Source: a virus. From it: DNA of 64,000 nucleotides. Numbering within the stretch: position 1 is the stretch's first letter; each line of letters begins with the position of its first letter. Positions 30,801 through 39,722 of the stretch are shown here, one piece after another. The notes beneath the pieces were generated by a model. It did not search any database. It was not told where the DNA came from and worked only from the letters and a program-made list of their open reading frames with translations. Location: IMG/VR virus record IMGVR_UViG_3300009285_003056; one strand, given 5' to 3'. The position numbers and the translations under genes are program-made.

Positions 30801-33800
30801 AATACACCCCCTTGTCTCCAGAGGATACGTCATTGTCTAACCCGGGATAAGTTGTCAGGTAGCCCTTGGTTTTCTCCGGGAAGATACGAGATAAAGTTGA
30901 CGGGTCGTGCAAAGCCAGGAAATCGCCTTTGGCCCGCACCTGATAGATGGGGAAGGGATTGAATCTGACTTCCGTGTTCTTCAACCCCACGAGGACCTGA
31001 TCATCTATGTCGTTGGTTATCGCCCCACGTTGTTGTGCGATCATCCGTCCAACCAGATAACCACTGGGGAAGCTACCTGAGACAACTCCACCCGTGAGAC
31101 TTGCTCCATCTGGATTGACTACCCAGTCATCCTCCAGAATGGGCACAGTCCAGTCGGGAGACACCGTAGCCAGTGCAGCAAACACTTCTGAGTAGATGTT
31201 CCGAGGATTCAGATTCCCTGTGAACGGATCTTCAAACCCCGGTGATGTGTACTCTTGACCCCGTCCGATGAAGAACCGAAACTTCCCGTCCCGATCCCCA
31301 ACTACATCCCCTGTGATAGCTTCTTTGATCTGCTCGAAAGCCCCCGTCACTTGGGCATAGAAATCCAAAAGACTACGAGCCGCCCTATCTGTGTCGGTCA
31401 GATTGGTCCGGAGAGTGTCAATGCCGGACACCCCATGAGTGTAGTTCTCAGCTGTAGGCATAGCAGGTGTGATAGGACCACCCGGAGCTTTGAATTCGGC
31501 TGCCTTCCCTCGCAAGATATCCTGTGACGCCTCTCCCATGTACGTGAGCAAGGGTGTCACTCGGCTGTAGAAGGAATCTGGACTGTACACTGTGTAGGAT
31601 GCCTTCAACTGCCCCCCAAGGAACCCATTGTCCTCAGAAGGTTGATCATTGTACCTGTATGAATACTTCACTCTAGGAAGATGCAAAACTCCCTGATCCA
31701 TGTAGGGGGACAGGGTCTTCACTTTGGTGAAACGAATGGACAACTTCTGTGTAGCCCCTAGTGGCTCTTGAATGGGGGCGATCAGAGTAACAGCACCGCT
31801 AGCTTTCTCTAAGTCATATTCCATCCCTGCAGCCAATGTCCTACCAGGCAACAGGCTGCCGTTCTCATCTGTCTCCCCCCATAGGATGACTTCTACGGGC
31901 TCCGTCTCCAATACTGGACCAACACCCAAGAGGCTACGTGAACTCGGGGGGTAGATGGGCCGGACACTTAACTTCAGAACTTCCCCCAATTCTGCATCAA
32001 AATGCTTGGGGAAAGGTGAAGTAGTGACGACAATCGTATTCAACCCATCATCAGTCAATCGGGCAGAAGCTACGATGAAAGGATACTTACCCAACTCCAT
32101 GAGGTGTCCAGGAACTGCAAATTGAAGTACGTTTCCATGAACTGTGATCTCCATCTGATCCCGATCTACTGGATCCCACGTCTGGACCACAGGGAGCAGG
32201 AACCCGGCTGGAGCTGTAGGAACAGTCACCGTATCAACTGTAGTAGTTACGGGGATGCCCGTTAATGTAATCAGGACATCATTGCCCGGTGAGCGAGACC
32301 CCACCTCAGTTGTGGGACTGGGATAAATACCCACAGTAGTAGTATCTGTAGTAGCAGCATAGGCAACTGACTTGATATAAGTGGGGAACGGTCCGACTCT
32401 GAGCAGTTTTCCGATTGTGACATCTCCTGTCCTATCCCCAAAAAGAGTGAAATTGGCTGTCAAAGCAGGCAGATAGAACGGTGGCCGATAAATGGGCTTA
32501 TGAGACGCACTGAATACCTTCTCCCCCCCGAATGTTTCTAGCACGGCGTAACTGATTGTAACTGGACGGGACGTATCTATCGGGACTAGGAACCGTATCT
32601 GGTTGGTCCCTATATCAATGATTGTGTCTTCTTGCCCGAAGTTCATCATCGTAGCACCCACATACACTGTGGGAACCACATCCGTGAAAATGGTTTTCCC
32701 TGCGGAATTGAAAGCATACAGATTTGCTGAAACAAGTGTGCACGTCTCAGACCGGATGTAAAGGGGCAGAAACTCCACAATGTGGGTCGACTGCCCTGCC
32801 CTGTCCACAGATAGGGTTCCGTCTGTCGCTGCCACAAGGTAGTCGATCTCTACTAATCGATTGATCTCTAATGGTTTATTGAACCCTATCGTACCAGTCA
32901 AGGGGTTCAAGGCAACATCCAGCCGTCCTTCCGTAACCATCTGCTCTACAAAGTACGCTTCCGTCCCGGCATGCTGGGTCATATCCGCAGTCGAAAAGTT
33001 GGTGCTCCCTGTATTGGGGTCAACTTCCACGATACCCGCGGACAAAACATCTGGATCCATGTAAGTGGGGACCCAACTCACATATGAGCCCTCGAACTCT
33101 GAGAGGACCACTGAGCCAAACTTCAGTTCTCCAGTCAGGAGCAAGTATTCAATATTCGCACCGGGATCTGCACTAAACGTACTAACTCCAATCAGATCGA
33201 CCCCATTGACATATAGGGTAGTCCCAACCCGAATAGAGAAGTAGCCTCCAGCGAAGCGAGTATGCTCTGAGTCAGTCAGTGCCGACCCCGGAACTACTAA
33301 GGTTCCATTCTGCATGACTCCAAGGGAAGTCTCAGAAAGGATGTACACCTGAGCTGTAAGGGACTGAATCAGAGCCAATGAATCCGCCCAAGTAGCCCCA
33401 TGGGCCAACCCAAACCGAACCCCCATGATTCGACTGCTCTTGATTGCATCTGCTATCGGTGCAACCAATCGTGAGGCAGCCTGTGCTGTCTTGTCAATCG
33501 GAACATCCCCCATAGGTGAAAGAACTCTCACCTTGAAGGGTTCTGTCTGGAGATGATTGAACTCATCAGCAATGACATCCGCTATCAGCCCGGGGTCATA
33601 CACGGTTTCAGTCAAGCCATGATATAACTCCCAAGAACCTGGAGTCGTGCCATTACCAGACGGGAAGTTTGGAGCAACTTGAAGGACAGACGCACTAGGG
33701 GCACTGGTGACTGTGTAGGAACCTTTGCTGTCCCCTGAAGGTATCTTGATCTTATAGCCCGCCATGGCCCCCAGATCAGTGAACGTAGCCTCCCCGGTTG

Positions 33801-36669
33801 CGAATGCATTAGTTAGAGTATCCCCCCCAGCCGTCCAACTCCCTTGGAATCCCGACCCAATGAAACGCCCAACGGACTCGGTGAACAGGACTGTTCCGGG
33901 TAGTCCGTTCTGGGGCAGCAGGTAGTCAACCCCCTGCTCGAATGTAACGAAGGGGCCCCCAGTCTCAGATACCCATAAATTCCGCCCCGCATTGGGAGCA
34001 ACCCCAATCATTGTCTCGGGGGTGATCCCCGTATGCCCCAACTGCAATGTCTGTGCCGCTCTTGGGAGTATCTCGGATCCTGAGTGTACATTCAACCATT
34101 GAAAATGGTTTTCCTCGAATCTGTATGCCACATCCACTAGGTTCTTCAGGTATCGAGTGAAAGTGGCCTCTTGCGTCCCCTTCTTGATAGTCGTTGTCAA
34201 CTGGAAAAAAGTGGACTCGTCATAGCCCGGGACATCCTGTAGGGGCGGCTGACGGAAGACCACCACGGGCTGACTAGGCACATATTCTGATAACACTTCA
34301 TTGGATACCTGATAACGAGTCTTGAAGTCCGCTTCGGGCTTTGTTCTATCCGTATTGAGTGGGTTCCGGAATAGCCCCAATGAGATACCTGAATCCGGAT
34401 GCCACCAGGCCTCCCCATCCAAACCTCGCCATCCAGGGAGTATCCCGAATAGCGTGCACCCCGAAAGATCCTTAGCAGCATTGATCCCGAAACCAATCTC
34501 TATGTCTCCACCGACCAAAGTGCTCTCGATTACAAGGTAGCCATTGGAATCATATGCAATGGCATCCCCACCAGCCATAAGTGTATTGAAGCTGTCTGCT
34601 ATCTCAGCCGTGCTCTTTGATCCCCCACCTGGGAAGAGAGCAAAGGCAGACCAGACATAGAAGATTCCATTGACAGCGAAGTACAGATTTTCAGTTCCTC
34701 CAACTGGGAACGAATCCCGTACCCTAGATATCACTCTGGCTTTCGAGGTCACTGTGGAAGGGGTGAGCAAAGCCTGCTGAAAATACATCCGCTGCCCTAA
34801 GAATTCTGCACGGTCTTTACGACTGATGGCAGCCTTAGAGCGGTCTGCCACACCTGCCTCTCTCGCCACATAAGCCCTCCCACCCAACACAAGGAAGGGA
34901 AGTGCAGGCAAGGCATCTTCCCGATCCGCTACATAGATGGTATCATCCGCCCTTGTAGACCCAAAGACAATGAGATCCCCGAAGTTCTCTCCACTATCCC
35001 TGGTGGGTCCGACCTTACGAACCAAACCTGTAGTCTGATCCGTAAGAACTTCTCCTCCGGGTCGGACTCCAGGCACACTGGAATTGTTGGGAATTGCACC
35101 CGTCCCATCTGGTTCATGCAGAATACCAGAAATGGCTATTCCATTGTAGCCCCTAGAGTCTCTGACAGGCACATAGAGATCATTAGTAGCCGTCACATCG
35201 ATGGGGGCACCAGCCGCACTTACCAAAGAAACTGGATACCACAAAGGTTGGGGCGATGCATTGCATGCCAACCCATCGTAAACTACTCGTGCCCCTAAGT
35301 ACTCAGGGTCAAAGTACGGGCTATTCTTGTCCGCACGTCCCACCACCTCTGCATTGAATCTTAGCTTTCCAGTAGCTAATGAGACTCCTACTTCAGTTAT
35401 CCCCACAGCAGCAATCGCTGCCAATGCAGCATCCGTAGACACTACAATCGCAGTCAAATGTCGCCTCGACCCGATCCTGATGAAGGGGTATTGCTCAAGT
35501 TGGGGGATTGGGGCAATGAACAGGGGATCATCGTCTGCCCCATCCAAGTAGCCTACTATCCCCGTGTCCGTAGCCCTGAATGTCCTGGGAGCGTACCAAA
35601 CGAATTGCCCGGCATATGCAACCACAAGAGCAGGGTTGCAGATTAAAGTACCAGTGGAAATCCCAATGACCCCAGCGATATCTGATCCTGTGAAGTCATA
35701 GGAAGATGTGGCATCAGAGTCTTCAACTACAAGGATCCCCGTGAAATCCCCTGGAGGTATAACCTGGACGGCTAGGGGTTTGCTCTGACTATCCGGTTGC
35801 AAACCTACCCGCACCATACAGTAGGCATCCCCAGCTGCTGATCCGGGCAGATAGTCCCCTACAGACACACCAGATGGCCTGGGGTCAAGCTTATACGAAC
35901 CCCCAACTTCTAACCTACCCGCATTAGTGACAGATGTACCCTTGTAGGGTTCCCACCTCTGTGTCCGATCACTCCAACCAAAGCGATTCTCATAGGGGTC
36001 ATTCCGTGTCCACCAGAACTCCACCGGAGCAATGAAATAGCGGACTGCGGAGACTCCATCCCCACGTTCAATCGATAAGCCACCCCCAAAGGTGGCAGCC
36101 AAGACAGAGGATTCAATGACTATCAGCCCAGAATCAGAGTCGACGCTATCAAAGGCGTTCCCAATTGGATTGGGATCATCTGGCCCTGCCAACCCTACAG
36201 CTCCGGACAAAAGAGTGTATTCAACCCCTGTGTCCCCACGTAGCACTTGGATGGAAAAGACAGACCCAATAGTACGCTCTCCATTGTCTTTCAGGACAAC
36301 TCTGCTTGTACCATCGGTGTAGGTTCCAACTGTAGTTGTTCCAACGGGGATAGAACAAGTGCCGTCTGTCACGATCCAAGGGTCATTGTATGCATCCGGG
36401 TTATTCGGGCTCAGGACTGCGATCTGCCCCGAATGTGCAGCCCAGACAAGATACTCTGTGTCCCCCGCTACAGCTGAGTCCAGAATTGCGGCTCTATACT
36501 GATCAGCATACATATCCACAAGGACGGGATTCTGCCCCTCAATGAAGGGATCCCCTATCAAATGCTTCAAATCCCGAACTACACCACTTACAGGGAGTGC
36601 CGTATCGGGAGAGTTCGATGGGGCTGCTTTTGCCCCTCGAATCACATAGCCGTCAAAGACGAAACTCAT
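24802..36669 (-). CDS. Giant virion structural protein (3955 aa), baseplate/tail-associated, multi-domain
   Basis: An 11.9-kb uninterrupted ORF within the baseplate cluster. It is beta-rich and contains recognisable small inserted domains (see findings). I recognised no enzymatic or intein motifs. Confidence 0.75.
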   Translation of the reverse strand: MSFVFDGYVIRGAKAAPSNSPDTALPVSGVVRDLKHLIGDPFIEGQNPVLVDMYADQYRAAILDSAVAGDTEYLVWAAHSGQIAVLSPNNPDAYNDPWIVTDGTCSIPVGTTTVGTYTDGTSRVVLKDNGERTIGSVFSIQVLRGDTGVEYTLLSGAVGLAGPDDPNPIGNAFDSVDSDSGLIVIESSVLAATFGGGLSIERGDGVSAVRYFIAPVEFWWTRNDPYENRFGWSDRTQRWEPYKGTSVTNAGRLEVGGSYKLDPRPSGVSVGDYLPGSAAGDAYCMVRVGLQPDSQSKPLAVQVIPPGDFTGILVVEDSDATSSYDFTGSDIAGVIGISTGTLICNPALVVAYAGQFVWYAPRTFRATDTGIVGYLDGADDDPLFIAPIPQLEQYPFIRIGSRRHLTAIVVSTDAALAAIAAVGITEVGVSLATGKLRFNAEVVGRADKNSPYFDPEYLGARVVYDGLACNASPQPLWYPVSLVSAAGAPIDVTATNDLYVPVRDSRGYNGIAISGILHEPDGTGAIPNNSSVPGVRPGGEVLTDQTTGLVRKVGPTRDSGENFGDLIVFGSTRADDTIYVADREDALPALPFLVLGGRAYVAREAGVADRSKAAISRKDRAEFLGQRMYFQQALLTPSTVTSKARVISRVRDSFPVGGTENLYFAVNGIFYVWSAFALFPGGGSKSTAEIADSFNTLMAGGDAIAYDSNGYLVIESTLVGGDIEIGFGINAAKDLSGCTLFGILPGWRGLDGEAWWHPDSGISLGLFRNPLNTDRTKPEADFKTRYQVSNEVLSEYVPSQPVVVFRQPPLQDVPGYDESTFFQLTTTIKKGTQEATFTRYLKNLVDVAYRFEENHFQWLNVHSGSEILPRAAQTLQLGHTGITPETMIGVAPNAGRNLWVSETGGPFVTFEQGVDYLLPQNGLPGTVLFTESVGRFIGSGFQGSWTAGGDTLTNAFATGEATFTDLGAMAGYKIKIPSGDSKGSYTVTSAPSASVLQVAPNFPSGNGTTPGSWELYHGLTETVYDPGLIADVIADEFNHLQTEPFKVRVLSPMGDVPIDKTAQAASRLVAPIADAIKSSRIMGVRFGLAHGATWADSLALIQSLTAQVYILSETSLGVMQNGTLVVPGSALTDSEHTRFAGGYFSIRVGTTLYVNGVDLIGVSTFSADPGANIEYLLLTGELKFGSVVLSEFEGSYVSWVPTYMDPDVLSAGIVEVDPNTGSTNFSTADMTQHAGTEAYFVEQMVTEGRLDVALNPLTGTIGFNKPLEINRLVEIDYLVAATDGTLSVDRAGQSTHIVEFLPLYIRSETCTLVSANLYAFNSAGKTIFTDVVPTVYVGATMMNFGQEDTIIDIGTNQIRFLVPIDTSRPVTISYAVLETFGGEKVFSASHKPIYRPPFYLPALTANFTLFGDRTGDVTIGKLLRVGPFPTYIKSVAYAATTDTTTVGIYPSPTTEVGSRSPGNDVLITLTGIPVTTTVDTVTVPTAPAGFLLPVVQTWDPVDRDQMEITVHGNVLQFAVPGHLMELGKYPFIVASARLTDDGLNTIVVTTSPFPKHFDAELGEVLKLSVRPIYPPSSRSLLGVGPVLETEPVEVILWGETDENGSLLPGRTLAAGMEYDLEKASGAVTLIAPIQEPLGATQKLSIRFTKVKTLSPYMDQGVLHLPRVKYSYRYNDQPSEDNGFLGGQLKASYTVYSPDSFYSRVTPLLTYMGEASQDILRGKAAEFKAPGGPITPAMPTAENYTHGVSGIDTLRTNLTDTDRAARSLLDFYAQVTGAFEQIKEAITGDVVGDRDGKFRFFIGRGQEYTSPGFEDPFTGNLNPRNIYSEVFAALATVSPDWTVPILEDDWVVNPDGASLTGGVVSGSFPSGYLVGRMIAQQRGAITNDIDDQVLVGLKNTEVRFNPFPIYQVRAKGDFLALHDPSTLSRIFPEKTKGYLTTYPGLDNDVSSGDKGVYSYLRLIDGDFESTWGTTIGRLANPVMGELSGVSEVTLRKRFPRARVWKYYPTGIPQGAFDGTLPNVPLDRPCVVATPLPLRDFPIDPTTGYPDVSKLQQQTAPTEGLADLTTGEIEVSSPPFYHPIMGMFASKMQVAFGHPDSTISSVGCPLVLLDGISPSGVFVDEVLYGCVVTFKTVDALGADLPIVNPTHILQMQDQTSGAPLTLDPGDTLLITPPGFDAQEPTTPPTPEDQARFRDALPAFRVGSDVLVRKSGKLVDISLPGGSDPIPWFLDFQNLMNQTPPKPMVAYEAEVEITNSSTSPLMIPALLGQAKDDTGDVSTPYIGATNTELERLGYAQDYLAEILATVSAGSDPVTVPWPGPGNPNWNFVYPDEIKANDGTIRTTLAGDISPAALLTTVWHNPVSGDPLLLGTENAQAYDLLLTQYGTGTAELPEGSQGWLSIGRVNRNGLNTYSMIEPPRFITPTAMGDDIRYTVDHFMSFCHDETSWDWTLGMPPLPVNPTGVQITVDSNPGVESLTLDFSTVLPQIALNDGTAGATGGLNTVLFAHVLNLLTLRMFVREPLGVFYPGEYTVPITFDGAGQVTADLAVAGLAVVFNQTSIVVTGVGASTVLNLALHPELPSSVIALNVVQTDYCVDFTFSLSTVAGKSTTGAIFTDRLTFLEQIDFRLARERGWVHPIGKQRIDCQLLVPQVETETSATSTINRGINGDNGGGIFFPLTFLERDSSDLKATDGISRGVGTFEVASAIGAGDEVGSLRAMGFEGYRELPLGAGAIATGNVLGGVVTSVVVAAPGAGYQGGFVEVAFGGVGTGAAGYATVDPVTGAVLTVTVTNPGHGYGAGPLVIPVTLTHNAGNVAITSQDITFSMLPSMGLDETVTLPGDGGIICRGFGLVQDPVDNIITNIDVTAGAPDGGAVSKVVPGDTVVISGGHTVQGSIKTGTYLVRHAVEQNTPLGVGGILSLAGDEVRALTLSSQAGGGSGWVDIRFPKIAESSSNPSILTSSISTGGFSTITTATAHGLIVGDHVHVAGHSVVALNRTFAVAAPVTARAFRIATALGTGGTGGVAHVGPSIDSIDRTIRITDIFDSATMADSPSGHGFPAAGILYIVLVNDGADSQVLAAEYVSVEDNPLNADYRKFTLRVNTGTEYRAADGSNIAMGNEGAEFWALLEQGQLISGMAYFAIQPFDEQGLPANNTVGFTTDTAGLTRAIYGLAGITITSPGATVGPQEFVEDQTYCNPVPANMRNIVAGVAADDIRVHPRTLVAGISTVFQADKFTTVYAGVPGYLDISNFTTTYRVGPGTAWDNIRNPIPPGVNTAATCILPQDVLTTEAPFSAIAGTNVYDDVLTNGFWAKSGIFLEPSFARPAQNLAADAVGDQRLVQDNTPAVAVTEIGFRFDGVNETIDLEVRRIRRFHEVQDSLAENLNPLRFAYEVRRGRITNYASDVALKQAGLVTATGYAFPPDSPYYLGGAIYMGTQLGLFTSPDVAIREGDIFRLIKSNLTAGAYPRPWEVVEEVPIMKVAADDVVRLMPPGLTNPEFLNDVTLGQYERWYFEIYLKNAPVPHEQSCEQLLTLATERVVTSTAADYTTQEGGYVPNITLALPYSGVVNKLQDDSTADSFSKRGVLVGDIVLVDPAGRVRGPTGETTPPESGSRPYGDKGVLPRQAQDPAFFASGHPSALDDNRGFYRVTAIDDTNHWLEVDGTSRFGGILGTDVIFPPDVVAQTTLGYAVYPTVNGSPLPPTGIEGQVDLRPTRLAGLLDDGTPAPIANSFSYSFHSIRPFSYKVIRPSGLFSEEAIDIILSTRERTLSLIEQFRGPMSGGKSGDYYIFQQDNHGDNIGLVTIADSGLGVFNNSLIIDAGGQTNTLPFGNDYDCLSILDRRFWALDTRLDYLTSDGTGVGVRMVTGPGDVPYTAYNDVTAVPAPSLVRPVLPDWVDIALDIDDRFRQLRNAWIGYRTDRKTGTLAAIERLDSQIPELKEEMVQTVLQRKGLIE

Positions 36670-36688
36670 TGCCGAACACCTCGCCGTA

Positions 36689-37264
36689 CTACAATACCGA
36701 ACTAGTTGTCACTCCAGGGGGCCCAGGGGGTCCAGGCGGGCCAACAACCACTCCTACACCCACAGACCCTAAGAGCTGCCCTGTGATCCCATTTGCCAGC
36801 CCCGTAGCCAAAGGTAGGGCTGTTACCCCCGCACTCACCATTGATGCCAGAATTGAAGCCGCTAGTGTCACTGGGTTGGCAGTTGTGATTGTAGACGCAT
36901 CCACCCCGGACCCCACACCAATTGACACGCCTTGATACTGTGCCTGTGTCGTAAAAACAGTAGCAATCCCTAATGCAATGGCTGTAGCGAGTGCTGGAGA
37001 CACAATACCATTGATCCCAGCCCCATTCATTGAAGCTAATACAAGGGGTACATTAGGAATTACTGTGAGAGTACCACTCACTGCCCCATTCCCCACTGTC
37101 CCTGTCGAAACTCCATTCAAAGCAAGATTGGCAGGAACCACAGCCCATGCATAAGTTCCCTGCCCAATCGCAGCCGCCAATGCTGGCATGGAAATTCCAT
37201 TGAACCCTTGCCCTTGGGCACTAAGAAGAACCGCTTGTGCGATTGCTGCTGCTGACAGTGCCAT
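36689..37264 (-). CDS. Small Gly/Ala-rich protein (191 aa) following the spike gene; possible spike-associated/tip protein
   Basis: ORF immediately downstream of the gp5/gpV-like gene, ending GVGVVVGPPGPPGPPGVTTSSVL. Confidence 0.55.
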   Translation of the reverse strand: MALSAAAIAQAVLLSAQGQGFNGISMPALAAAIGQGTYAWAVVPANLALNGVSTGTVGNGAVSGTLTVIPNVPLVLASMNGAGINGIVSPALATAIALGIATVFTTQAQYQGVSIGVGSGVDASTITTANPVTLAASILASMVSAGVTALPLATGLANGITGQLLGSVGVGVVVGPPGPPGPPGVTTSSVL

Positions 37265-37268
37265 CTCC

Positions 37269-39719
37269 CTACACCGGCAATCCTATCGTATGCCCGGGAC
37301 TCCCCATCATCCCAAGTGTGGGGGACCCGAAAGGCAAACCCGTAAGAGGGTCCAAATCAGCCGTAGATAGGATCATCCCTATCTTACCTGGACCCCCAAG
37401 GAAGGCACCCGCCACACCGCTCAGAGTAGCTAGCCCCTTCGAAGTCACAGCAACCGAAACCTGCCCATTGAGAATGGAAGCACCAGCCTTTGCATCTATC
37501 ACAACATTTCCAATGATTACAGAGGTATTCAGCCCAGAAGTGTAGCTGAGTTCTGAGGTGTTGAGCCCTGCACTCTGTGAGATAGTTCCAATGCCCGTCT
37601 CATAAGTCATATTCCCCACCAGCATCGATGTGGTGTGGTTCCCAAGTAGAAAGAGTTCCTCCCGATCTCCCACCTGATATGTACTCTTGTCTACTACCAA
37701 CCCTGGGATACCGGCCGCAAAGGAAGTCTCTCGGAATGGCCCGGCAGTAGGTAAGAAATCCTTGGGACCACTGAAATTCTGGTAGGACTTTCCAGTAACA
37801 TTGAGTTGGTGTTCCTTAGTGGAGACTTTGATCTTGTCTCCAGCGGACAACTCCATATCGCCGCTAGCCCGAACCTGGACACTAGCGCCTTCTATGAGGG
37901 ATGTACCCTCTGAGGATAGCCTGGAAAGTTGAGATGATTTGATATGTGCAACCCTCTTACCCTCGATAAGAACGGACGGACGGGCATCCCCAGCCCCCTT
38001 AATGCCAGAGCTGGTCTGTGTAGCCGCCCCGGTGTTTATCTCGCCCCCACCGTACAGATAGACCGCCCCAGTGTCACTTCGGAGACCCAACCCTACATTA
38101 CCCACACCAGCCTTTCCCGTTCTGATGTTGAGTGCATCGAATCCAAGGTCCAGGACACCACATGCGAGGCGCATGGAACCATTCATAGCCAACTCAAAGG
38201 AATTCTCTCCTTTGGGACCACCTATGTATGCCTTGACTTGACCCTTTTTATTCGTTGCCCAAAAGGTAGATGGGTTTCCATCCAAAGGGTTGAGTTTGAA
38301 TAGGGTTGCTGCATGTTCGAGGATAGACCTGCCAAGCCCTGATTCCAACCCGGGCTTTACCTGATCGCCCTGGAAAATGACAGGTGTAAGAGGAACACCA
38401 TAGAACTTTCGGCCTTCATCGGTAGTAGGATCATTACCCACTACACTACCACCCCACACATGTTCAATGAATCTCTTGTTGATCTGTGCTAAACCATCTG
38501 CGTTGAACCCATCTGTCTGTTCTGTGACTGGTAGAGTCCCATCGGCAGTGTGAGCGATGTCTAGCCTGTACTCTGTAAGCGTCTCAGACGCCGGGCTTCC
38601 CATGGAGTTGATAGCTTTAGGGTCATTAGCATCCCGAACTGCTGCCACACGATAGATGGGCTTCCCACCATACACAGTGTCCGTGGCATACCCTGGAGTG
38701 TAGTCAGGAGTAGAGACAACATAGCCGTTACTATCAATGAAAAGCCCTCGCTTCAGGATTGAGAACGGGTCCAACTCTGGGGCAATCGAGAACAATGGGG
38801 ACAGAAGCACGCCCTTATCGTCCACCTGCCGACTCAGGATACGTGTAGGTGTCAACAGTCCAGCGGGTAAACCAGCGGATACGGGAAGCCCTGTCAGGCC
38901 CTCTGGAGTCTCAGATTGACTACCACCAAAGACAGGGTCACCTCCAGTCATTTGTTGAGCAGCATCCCACCACAATCCGTCACTTACCATCTGAGTTTGT
39001 AGTAAAGTGGCGTCTCTTTGGACCATACCAGCGGAGATTTTAACTCCAGCCATGGCATGAAATTGCTGTAGTGAACGAAGGACCAACGCCTGATCTGAAT
39101 CTCGTAGCTTTACTTCATTGGCCCGTCGATTCATCAGGGTGACAGATTCGTCGAGAATGAAGTCTGCTCCTTGGGCAGACGATGCCAGAACGGTACCGGG
39201 CTGTATATGCCGACCCTTGAATCGAATCTGATTCCAATTCCCCTCCAACATGGCTTTCTGTCGGGGGGTCATATCCAGTTCGTCGGCCGTGAAGGGTTGC
39301 GTAGGTAGCCAATCATACCCAAATTGATGCCCATGGGGAATCCACGTTAGGATCACGGGCATGGTAGTACCCACTGTATCCCCCATGCCACCGCTTTCCT
39401 GCATCATATGGCCACAAACGCAGTAATCCCCCTCCATAGGCATCACACCAAAAAAGTGCCTTGCCCCAACCCCCGGAAATGTGAGGGGGACTGGTACCCT
39501 GTCATAAACTCGGTTTTCCCCCGTGACTGCCCGTAACTTCACCATCATATCTTCGTACATGACTTGAATGACTTCGTATGTACCTAGTGCGAAAGCTCCC
39601 CTGCCCTCAGAGGGCGATGAATTCCGCACCGCTATCTTGTTTTTGATGTCGATGGCAATCTTGCTCTTGGGGACGCCACCCAACATATTAGGTACCACTC
39701 CGGGTCTTACAGTGGCCAT
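37269..39719 (-). CDS. Baseplate central spike (gp5/gpV/VgrG-like), 816 aa
   Basis: N-terminal OB-fold pattern YEVIQVMYEDMMVKLRAV...VPVPLTFPG...FFGVMPMEGDYCVCG. The C-terminal region has short Gly/Ser/Thr beta repeats (ASVQVRASGDMELSAGDKIKVSTKEHQLNVTG). It lies directly after the hub gene. Confidence 0.65.
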   Translation of the reverse strand: MATVRPGVVPNMLGGVPKSKIAIDIKNKIAVRNSSPSEGRGAFALGTYEVIQVMYEDMMVKLRAVTGENRVYDRVPVPLTFPGVGARHFFGVMPMEGDYCVCGHMMQESGGMGDTVGTTMPVILTWIPHGHQFGYDWLPTQPFTADELDMTPRQKAMLEGNWNQIRFKGRHIQPGTVLASSAQGADFILDESVTLMNRRANEVKLRDSDQALVLRSLQQFHAMAGVKISAGMVQRDATLLQTQMVSDGLWWDAAQQMTGGDPVFGGSQSETPEGLTGLPVSAGLPAGLLTPTRILSRQVDDKGVLLSPLFSIAPELDPFSILKRGLFIDSNGYVVSTPDYTPGYATDTVYGGKPIYRVAAVRDANDPKAINSMGSPASETLTEYRLDIAHTADGTLPVTEQTDGFNADGLAQINKRFIEHVWGGSVVGNDPTTDEGRKFYGVPLTPVIFQGDQVKPGLESGLGRSILEHAATLFKLNPLDGNPSTFWATNKKGQVKAYIGGPKGENSFELAMNGSMRLACGVLDLGFDALNIRTGKAGVGNVGLGLRSDTGAVYLYGGGEINTGAATQTSSGIKGAGDARPSVLIEGKRVAHIKSSQLSRLSSEGTSLIEGASVQVRASGDMELSAGDKIKVSTKEHQLNVTGKSYQNFSGPKDFLPTAGPFRETSFAAGIPGLVVDKSTYQVGDREELFLLGNHTTSMLVGNMTYETGIGTISQSAGLNTSELSYTSGLNTSVIIGNVVIDAKAGASILNGQVSVAVTSKGLATLSGVAGAFLGGPGKIGMILSTADLDPLTGLPFGSPTLGMMGSPGHTIGLPV

Positions 39720-39722
39720 GAA

